Source of the DNA: Azolla caroliniana
Lineage: Eukaryota; Plantae; Polypodiophyta
Assembly (NCBI GenBank): GCA_043228905.1
Contig: JBHGNT010000057.1
Span: forward strand, 101,292 to 165,291
DNA length: 64,000 nt
Direction: 5' to 3'
Position 1 is the first letter of the stretch; each line of letters begins with the position of its first letter. The notes below the pieces were generated by a model. That model made no database searches. It was given only the letters and a program-made list of their open reading frames with translations, and was not told the origin of the DNA. Both the position numbers and the translations under genes were made by a program. Shown piece after piece: positions 1 through 10,200 of the stretch.

Positions 1-178
1 GCGTTGTTAGCTTCGATTCGCATGTTTGAACACAAAAAACCGATATCACACTCGCCAGGTATGAACATTTTAATTTACTCAAGGGTTCCTCTCAACTCCC
101 TCCTCAAATTTGGTAATTTCGTCATGTCTCTCGACCTGAGTTTCAAAATCTTGATTTTTTAATTCCATATCATAGCTA
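1..178 (+). repeat. Representative monomer (42 C, 25 G, 48 A, 63 T; 7 CpG; EcoRV GATATC at 42-47; NheI GCTAGC at 175-180 across the monomer junction)
   Basis: Read and counted directly from positions 1-180. Confidence 0.95.
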
Positions 179-3100
179 GCGTTGTTAGCTTCGATTCGCA
201 TGTTTGAATACAAAAATCCGATATCACACGAGCCAGGTATGAACATTTTAATTTACTCAAGGGCTCCTTTGAACTCCCTCCTCAAATGTGGTAATTTCGT
301 CATGTCTCTCGACCTGAGTTTCAAAATCTTGATTTTTTAAATTCCATATCATAGCTAGCGTTGTTGGCTTCGATTCGCATGTTTGAATACAAAAATCCGA
401 TATCACACGAGCCAGGTATGAACATTTTAATTTACTCAAGGGCTCCTTTGAACTCCCTCCTCAAATTATGTAATTTCGTCATGTCTCTCGACCTGAGTTT
501 CAAAATCTTAATTTTTTAATTCCAGATGATAGCTAGCGTTGTTAGCTTCGATTCGCTAGTTGGAACACAAAAATCCGATATCACACGAGCCAAGTATGAA
601 CATTTTAATTTACTCAAGGGCTCCTCTCAACTCCCTGCTCAAATTATGTAATTTCGTCATGTCTCTCGACCTGAGCTTCAAAATCTTGATTTTTTAATTC
701 CATATCATAGCTAGTGTTGTTAGCTTCGATTCGCAAGTTTGAACACAAAAATCCGATATCACACGAGCCAGGTATGAACACATTTTAATTTACTCAAGGG
801 CTCCTCTCAACCTCCCTGCTCAAATTTGGTAATTTCGTCATGTCTCTCGACCTGAGTTTCAAAATCTTGATTTTTTAATTCCATATCATAGCTAGCGTTG
901 TTAGCTTCGATTCGCATGTTTGAACACAAAAATCCGATATCACACGAGCCAGGTATGAACATTTTAATTTACTCAAGGGCTCCTTTGAACTCCCTGCTCA
1001 AATTTGGTAATTTCGTCATGTCTCTCGACCTGAGTTTCAAAATCTTGATTTTTTAATTCCATATCATAGCTAGCGTTGTTAGCTTCGATTCGCATGTTTG
1101 AACACAAAAATCCGATATCACACGAGCCAGGTATGAACATTTTAATTTACTCAAGGCCTCCTCTCAACTCCCTGCTCAAATTTGGTAATTTCGTCATGTC
1201 TCTCGACCTGAGTTTCAAAATCTTGATTTTTTAAGTCCATATCATAGCTAGCGTTGTTAGCTTCGATTCGCATGTTTGAATACAAAAATCCGATATCACA
1301 CGAGCCAGGTATGAACATTTTAATTTACTCAAGGGCTCCTTTGAACTCCCTCCTCAAATGTGGTAATTTCGTCATGTCTCTCGACCTGAGTTTCAAAATC
1401 TTGATTTTTTAAGTCCATATCATAGCTAGCGTTGTTAGCTTCGATTCGCATGTTTGAACACAAAAAACCGATATCACACTCGCCAGGTATGAACATTTTA
1501 ATTTACTCAAGGGTTCCTCTCAACTCCCTCCTCAAATTTGGTAATTTCGTCATGTCTCTCGACCTGAGTTTCAAAATCTTGATTTTTTAATTCCATATCA
1601 TAGCTAGCGTTGTTAGCTTCGATTCGCATGTTTGAATACAAAAATCCGATATCACACGAGCCAGGTATGAACATTTTAATTTACTCAAGGGCTCCTTTGA
1701 ACTCCCTCCTCAAATGTGGTAATTTCGTCATGTCTCTCGACCTGAGTTTCAAAATCTTGATTTTTTAATTCCATATCATAGCTAGCGTTGTTAGCTTCGA
1801 TTCGCATGTTTGAACACAAAAAACCGATATCACACTCGCCAGGTATGAACATTTTAATTTACTCAAGGGTTCCTCTCAACTCCCTCCTCAAATTTGGTAA
1901 TTTCGTCATGTCTCTCGACCTGAGTTTCAAAATCTTGATTTTTTAATTCCATATCATAGCTAGCGTTGTTAGCTTCGATTCGCATGTTTGAATACAAAAA
2001 TCCGATATCACACGAGCCAGGTATGAACATTTTAATTTACTCAAGGGCTCCTTTGAACTCCCTCCTCAAATGTGGTAATTTCGTCATGTCTCTCGACCTG
2101 AGTTTCAAAATCTTGATTTTTTAATTCCATATCATAGCTAGCGTTGTTAGCTTCGATTCGCATGTTTGAACACAAAAATCCGATATCACACGAGCCAGGT
2201 ATGAACATTTTAATTTACTCAAGGGCTCCTTTGAACTCCCTCCTCAAATGTGGTAATTTCGTCATGTCTCTCGACCTGAGTTTCAAAATCTTGATTTTTT
2301 AATTCCATATCATAGCTAGCGTTGTAAGCTTCGATTCGCATGTTTGAACACAAAAATCCGATATCACACGAGCCAGGTATGAACATTTTAATTTACTCAA
2401 GGCCTCCTCTCAACTCCCTGCTCAAATTTGGTAATTTCGTCATGTCTCTCGACCTGAGTTTCAAAATCTTGATTTTTTAAGTCCATATCATAGCTAGCGT
2501 TGTTAGCTTCGATTCGCATGTTTGAATACAAAAATCCGATATCACACGAGCCAGGTATGAACATTTTAATTTACTCAAGGGCTCCTTTGAACTCCCTCCT
2601 CAAATGTGGTAATTTCGTCATGTCTCTCGACCTGAGTTTCAAAATCTTGATTTTTTAAGTCCATATCATAGCTAGCGTTGTTAGCTTCGATTCGCATGTT
2701 TGAACACAAAAAACCGATATCACACTCGCCAGGTATGAACATTTTAATTTACTCAAGGGTTCCTCTCAACTCCCTCCTCAAATTTGGTAATTTCGTCATG
2801 TCTCTCGACCTGAGTTTCAAAATCTTGATTTTTTAATTCCATATCATAGCTAGCGTTGTTAGCTTCGATTCGCATGTTTGAATACAAAAATCCGATATCA
2901 CACGAGCCAGGTATGAACATTTTAATTTACTCAAGGGCTCCTTTGAACTCCCTCCTCAAATGTGGTAATTTCGTCATGTCTCTCGACCTGAGTTTCAAAA
3001 TCTTGATTTTTTAAATTCCATATCATAGCTAGCGTTGTTGGCTTCGATTCGCATGTTTGAATACAAAAATCCGATATCACACGAGCCAGGTATGAACATT

Positions 3101-4210
3101 TTAATTTACTCAAGGGCTCCTTTGAACTCCCTCCTCAAATTATGTAATTTCGTCATGTCTCTCGACCTGAGTTTCAAAATCTTAATTTTTTAATTCCAGA
3201 TGATAGCTAGCGTTGTTAGCTTCGATTCGCTAGTTGGAACACAAAAATCCGATATCACACGAGCCAAGTATGAACATTTTAATTTACTCAAGGGCTCCTC
3301 TCAACTCCCTGCTCAAATTATGTAATTTCGTCATGTCTCTCGACCTGAGCTTCAAAATCTTGATTTTTTAATTCCATATCATAGCTAGTGTTGTTAGCTT
3401 CGATTCGCAAGTTTGAACACAAAAACCGATATCACACGAGCCAGGTATGAACACATTTTAATTTACTCAAGGGCTCCTCTCAACCTCCCTGCTCAAATTT
3501 GGTAATTTCGTCATGTCTCTCGACCTGAGTTTCAAAATCTTGATTTTTTAATTCCATATCATAGCTAGCGTTGTTAGCTTCGATTCGCATGTTTGAACAC
3601 AAAAATCCGATATCACACGAGCCAGGTATGAACATTTTAATTTACTCAAGGGCTCCTTTGAACTCCGTGCTCAAATTTGGTAATTTCGTCATGTCTCTCG
3701 ACCTGAGTTTCAAAATCTTGATTTTTTAATTCCATATCATAGCTAGCGTTGTTAGCTTCGATTCGCATGTTTGAACACAAAAATCCGATATCACACGAGC
3801 CAGGTATGAACATTTTAATTTACTCAAGGCCTCCTCTCAACTCCCTGCTCAAATTTGGTAATTTCGTCATGTCTCTCGACCTGAGTTTCAAAATCTTGAT
3901 TTTTTAAGTCCATATCATAGCTAGCGTTGTTAGCTTCGATTCGCATGTTTGAATACAAAAATCCGATATCACACGAGCCAGGTATGAACATTTTAATTTA
4001 CTCAAGGGCTCCTTTGAACTCCCTCCTCAAATGTGGTAATTTCGTCATGTCTCTCGACCTGAGTTTCAAAATCTTGATTTTTTAAGTCCATATCATAGCT
4101 AGCGTTGTTAGCTTCGATTCGCATGTTTGAACACAAAAAACCGATATCACACTCGCCAGGTATGAACATTTTAATTTACTCAAGGGTTCCTCTCAACTCC
4201 CTCCTCAAAT
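1..4210. repeat. 15-monomer-period repeat: 1 to about 1537 recurs at 2675 to about 4210
   Basis: Marker ORF 257 recurs at 2931 (offset 2674 = 15x178+4). The same run of variants (GTTGTTGG, CAGATGA/GCTAGTTGG, GAACACATTTT) recurs. The copies differ by a 1-bp deletion near 3425 and a C>G at 3667. Confidence 0.8.
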
Positions 4211-7200
4211 GTGGTAATTTCGTCATGTCTCTCGACCTGAGTTTCAAAATCTTGATTTTTTAATTCCATATCATAGCTAGCGTTGTTAGCTTCGATTCGC
4301 ATGTTTGAACACAAAAATCCGATATCACACTCGCCAGGTATGAACATTTTAATTTACTCAAGGGTTCCTCTCAACTCCCTCCTCAAATTTGGTAATTTCG
4401 TCATGTCTCTCGACCTGAGTTTCAAAATCTTGATTTTTTAATTCCATATCATAGCTAGCGTTGTTAGCTTCGATTCGCATGTTTGAATACAAAAATCCGA
4501 TATCACACGAGCCAGGTATGAACATTTTAATTTACTCAAGGGCTCCTTTGAAGTCCCTCCTCAACTGTGGTAATTTCGTCATGTCTCTCGACCTGAGTTT
4601 CAAAATCTTGATATTTTAATTCCATATCATAGCTAGCGTTGTTAGCTTCGATTCGCATGTTTGAACACAAAAATCCGATATCACACGAGCCAGGTATGAA
4701 CATTTTAATTTACCTACTAGCTCTTCTCAAGTCCCTCCTCAAATTATGTAATTTCGTCATGTCTCTCGACCTGAGCTTCAAAATCTTGATTTTTTAATTC
4801 CATATCATAGCTAGTGTTGTTAGCTTCGATTCGCAAGTTTGAACACAAAAATCCGATATCACACGAGCCAGGTATGAACACATTTTAATTTACTCAAGGG
4901 CTCCTCTCAACCTCCCTGCTCAAATTTGGTAATTTCGTCATGTCTCTCGACCTGAGTTTCAAAATCTTGATTTTTTAATTCCATATCATAGCTAGCGTTG
5001 TTAGCTTCGATTCGCATGTTTGAACACAAAAATCCGATATCACACGAGCCAGGTATGAACATTTTAATTTACCTACTAGCTCTTCTCAAGTCCCTCCTCA
5101 AATTATGTAATTTCGTCATGTCTCTCGACCTGAGCTTCAAAATCTTGATTTTTTAATTCCATATCATAGCTAGTGTTGTTAGCTTCGATTCGCAAGTTTG
5201 AACACAAAAATCCGATATCACACGAGCCAGGTATGAACACATTTTAATTTACTCAAGGGCTCCTCTCAACCTCCCTGCTCAAATTTGGTAATTTCGTCAT
5301 GTCTCTCGACCTGAGTTTCAAAATCTTGATTTTTTAATTCCATATCATAGCTAGCGTTGTTAGCTTCGATTCGCATGTTTGAACACAAAAATCCGATATC
5401 ACACGAGCCAGGTATGAACATTTTAATTTACTCAAGGGCTCCTTTGAACTCCCTCCTCAAATGTGGTAATTTCGTCATGTCTCTCGACCTGAGTTTCAAA
5501 ATCTTGATTTTTTAATTCCATATCATAGCTAGCGTTGTTAGCTTCGATTCGCATGTTTGAACACAAAAATCCGATATCACACGAGCCAGGTATGAACATT
5601 TTAATTTACTCAAGGCCTCCTCTCAACTCCCTGCTCAAATTTGGTAATTTCGTCATGTCTCTCGACCTGAGTTTCAAAATCTTGATTTTTTAAGTCCATA
5701 TCATAGCTAGCGTTGTTAGCTTCGATTCGCATGTTTGAATACAAAAATCCGATATCACACGAGCCAGGTATGAACATTTTAATTTACTCAAGGGCTCCTT
5801 TGAACTCCCTCCTCAAATGTGGTAATTTCGTCATGTCTCTCGACCTGAGTTTCAAAATCTTGATTTTTTAAATTCCATATCATAGCTAGCGTTGTTGGCT
5901 TCGATTCGCATGTTTGAATACAAAAATCCGATATCACACGAGCCAGGTATGAACATTTTAATTTACTCAAGGGCTCCTTTGAACTCCCTCCTCAAATTAT
6001 GTAATTTCGTCATGTCTCTCGACCTGAGTTTCAAAATCTTAATTTTTTAATTCCAGATGATAGCTAGCGTTGTTAGCTTCGATTCGCTAGTTGGAACACA
6101 AAAATCCGATATCACACGAGCCAAGTATGAACATTTTAATTTACTCAAGGGCTCCTCTCAACTCCCTGCTCAAATTATGTAATTTCGTCATGTCTCTCGA
6201 CCTGAGTTTCAAAATCTTGATATTTTAATTGCATATGATAGCTAGCGTTGTTAGCTTCGATTCGCATGTTTGAACACAAAAATCCGATATCACACTCGCC
6301 AGGTATGAACATTTTAATTTACTCAAGGGTTCCTCTCAACTCCCTCCTCAAATGTGGTAATTTCGTCATGTCTCTCGACTTGAGTTTTAAAATCTTGATT
6401 TTTTAATTCCATATCATAGCTAGCGTTGTTAGCTTCGATTCGCAAGTTTGAACACAAAAATCCGATATCACACGAGCCAGGTATGAACATTTTAATTTAC
6501 CTACTAGCTCTTCTCAACTCATTCCTCAAATTTGGTAATTTCGTCATGTCTCTCGACCTGAGTTTCAAAATCTTGTTTTTTTAATTCCATATCATAGCTA
6601 GCATTGTTATCTTCGATTCGCATGTTTGAACACACAAATCCGATATCACACTCGCCAGGTATGAACATTTTAATTTACTCAAGAGCTCTTGTGAACTCCC
6701 TCCTCAAATGTGGTAATTTCGTCATGTCTCTCGACCTGAGTTTCAAAAGCTTGATTTTTTAATTCCATATCATAGCTAGCGTTGTTAGCTTCGATTCGCA
6801 TGTTTGAATACAAAAATCCGATATCACACGAGCCAGGTATGAACATTTTAATTTACTCAAGGGCTCCTTTGAACTCCCTCCTCAAATGTGGTAATTTCGT
6901 CATGTCTCTCGACCTGAGTTTCAAAATCTTGATTTTTTAAGTCCATATCATAGCTAGCGTTGTTAGCTTCGATTCGCATGTTTGAACACAAAAATCCGAT
7001 ATCACACGAGCCAGGTATGAACATTTTAATTTACTCAAGGGTTCCTCTCAACTCCCTCCTCAAATTTGGTAATTTCGTCATGTCTCTCGACCTGAGTTTC
7101 AAAATCTTGATTTTTTAATTCCATATCATAGCTAGCGTTGTTAGCTTCGATTCGCATGTTTGAATACAAAAATCCGATATCACACGAGCCAGGTATGAAC

Positions 7201-10200
7201 ATTTTAATTTACTCAAGGGCTCCTTTGAACTCCCTCCTCAAATGTGGTAATTTCGTCATGTCTCTCGACCTGAGTTTCAAAATCTTGATTTTTTAAATTC
7301 CATATCATAGCTAGCGTTGTTGGCTTCGATTCGCATGTTTGAATACAAAAATCCGATATCACACGAGCCAGGTATGAACATTTTAATTTACTCAAGGGCT
7401 CCTTTGAACTCCCTCCTCAAATTATGTAATTTCGTCATGTCTCTCGACCTGAGTTTCAAAATCTTAATTTTTTAATTCCAGATGATAGCTAGCGTTGTTA
7501 GCTTCGATTCGCTAGTTGGAACACAAAAATCCGATATCACACGAGCCAAGTATGAACATTTTAATTTACTCAAGGGCTCCTCTCAACTCCCTGCTCAAAT
7601 TATGTAATTTCGTCATGTCTCTCGACCTGATTTTCAAAATCTTGATATTTTAATTGCATATGATAGCTAGCGTTGTTAGCTTCGATTCGCATGTTTGAAC
7701 ACAAAAATCCGATATCACACTCGCCAGGTATGAACATTTTAATTTACTCAAGGGTTCCTCTCAACTCCCTCCTCAAATTTGGTAATTTCGTCATGTCTCT
7801 CGACTTGAGTTTTAAAATCTTGATTTTTTAATTCCATATCATAGCTAGCGTTGTTAGCTTCGATTCGCAAGTTTGAACACAAAAATCCGATATCACACGA
7901 GCCAGGTATGAACATTTTAATTTACCTACTAGCTCTTCTCAACTCATTCCTCAAATTTGGTAATTTCGTCATGTCTCTCGACCTGAGTTTCAAAATCTTG
8001 TTTTTTTAATTCCATATCATAGCTAGCATTGTTATCTTCGATTCGCATGTTTGAACACACAAATCCGATATCACACTCGCCAGGTATGAACATTTTAATT
8101 TACTCAAGAGCTCTTGTGAACTCCCTCCTCAAATGTGGTAATTTCGTCATGTCTCTCGACCTGAGTTTCAAAAGCTTGATTTTTTAATTCCATATCATAG
8201 CTAGCGTTGTTAGCTTCGATTCGCATGTTTGAATACAAAAATCCGATATCACACGAGCCAGGTATGAACATTTTAATTTACTCAAGGGCTCCTTTGAACT
8301 CCCTCCTCAAATGTGGTAATTTCGTCATGTCTCTCGACCTGAGTTTCAAAATCTTGATTTTTTAAGTCCATATCATAGCTAGCGTTGTTAGCTTCGATTC
8401 GCATGTTTGAACACAAAAATCCGATATCACACGAGCCAGGTATGAACATTTTAATTTACTCAAGGGTTCCTCTCAACTCCCTCCTCAAATTTGGTAATTT
8501 CGTCATGTCTCTCGACCTGAGTTTCAAAATCTTGATTTTTTAATTCCATATCATAGCTAGCGTTGTTAGCTTCGATTCGCATGTTTGAATACAAAAATCC
8601 GATATCACACGAGCCAGGTATGAACATTTTAATTTACTCAAGGGCTCCTTTGAACTCCCTCCTCAAATGTGGTAATTTCGTCATGTCTCTCGACCTGAGT
8701 TTCAAAATCTTGATTTTTTAATTCCATATCATAGCTAGCGTTGTTAGCTTCGATTCGCATGTTTGAACACAAAAAACCGATATCACACTCGCCAGGTATG
8801 AACATTTTAATTTACTCAAGGGTTCCTCTCAACTCCCTCCTCAAATTTGGTAATTTCGTCATGTCTCTCGACCTGAGTTTCAAAATCTTGATTTTTTAAT
8901 TCCATATCATAGCTAGCGTTGTTAGCTTCGATTCGCATGTTTGAATACAAAAATCCGATATCACACGAGCCAGGTATGAACATTTTAATTTACTCAAGGG
9001 CTCCTTTGAACTCCCTCCTCAAATGTGGTAATTTCGTCATGTCTCTCGACCTGAGTTTCAAAATCTTGATTTTTTAATTCCATATCATAGCTAGCGTTGT
9101 TAGCTTCGATTCGCATGTTTGAACACAAAAATCCGATATCACACGAGCCAGGTATGAACATTTTAATTTACTCAAGGGCTCCTTTGAACTCCCTCCTCAA
9201 ATGTGGTAATTTCGTCATGTCTCTCGACCTGAGTTTCATAATCTTGATTTTTTAATTCCATATCATAGCTAGCGTTGTTAGCTTCGATTCGCATGTTTGA
9301 ACACAAAAATCCGATATCACACGAGCCAGGTATGAACATTTTAATTTACTCAAGGCCTCCTCTCAACTCCCTGCTCAAATTTGGTAATTTCGTCATGTCT
9401 CTCGACCTGAGTTTCAAAATCTTGATTTTTTAAGTCCATATCATAGCTAGCGTTGTTAGCTTCGATTCGCATGTTTGAATACAAAAATCCGATATCACAC
9501 GAGCCAGGTATGAACATTTTAATTTACTCAAGGGCTCCTTTGAACTCCCTCCTCAAATGTGGTAATTTCGTCATGTCTCTCGACCTGAGTTTCAAAATCT
9601 TGATTTTTTAAGTCCATATCATAGCTAGCGTTGTTAGCTTCGATTCGCATGTTTGAACACAAAAAACCGATATCACACTCGCCAGGTATGAACATTTTAA
9701 TTTACTCAAGGGTTCCTCTCAACTCCCTCCTCAAATTTGGTAATTTCGTCATGTCTCTCGACCTGAGTTTCAAAATCTTGATTTTTTAATTCCATATCAT
9801 AGCTAGCGTTGTAAGCTTCGATTCGCATGTTTGAACACAAAAATCCGATATCACACGAGCCAGGTATGAACATTTTAATTTACTCAAGGCCTCCTCTCAA
9901 CTCCCTGCTCAAATTTGGTAATTTCGTCATGTCTCTCGACCTGAGTTTCAAAATCTTGATTTTTTAAGTCCATATCATAGCTAGCGTTGTTAGCTTCGAT
10001 TCGCATGTTTGAATACAAAAATCCGATATCACACGAGCCAGGTATGAACATTTTAATTTACTCAAGGGCTCCTTTGAACTCCCTCCTCAAATGTGGTAAT
10101 TTCGTCATGTCTCTCGACCTGAGTTTCAAAATCTTGATTTTTTAAGTCCATATCATAGCTAGCGTTGTTAGCTTCGATTCGCATGTTTGAACACAAAAAA

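Noticed and set aside
11-135. CENP-B box (TTCG motifs at 12, 17 and 118)
   Set aside because: None is followed by the required NNNNANNCGGG, and the monomer has no CCCG for the reverse strand.
1-178. Identity with Arabidopsis CEN178/CEN180 or primate alpha satellite
   Set aside because: Only the length is similar. The sequence does not match the consensus motifs as I recall them. A database search is needed to confirm.
1-178. 5S rDNA, tRNA or snRNA tandem gene array
   Set aside because: I found no recognisable 5S sequence, cloverleaf or Pol III A/B/C boxes on either strand.
1-178. Monomer as a clean dimer of two 89-bp subrepeats
   Set aside because: Ungapped identity at offset 89 is only about 28/89, near background. 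Only TTTTAATT is shared, and it is reported separately.
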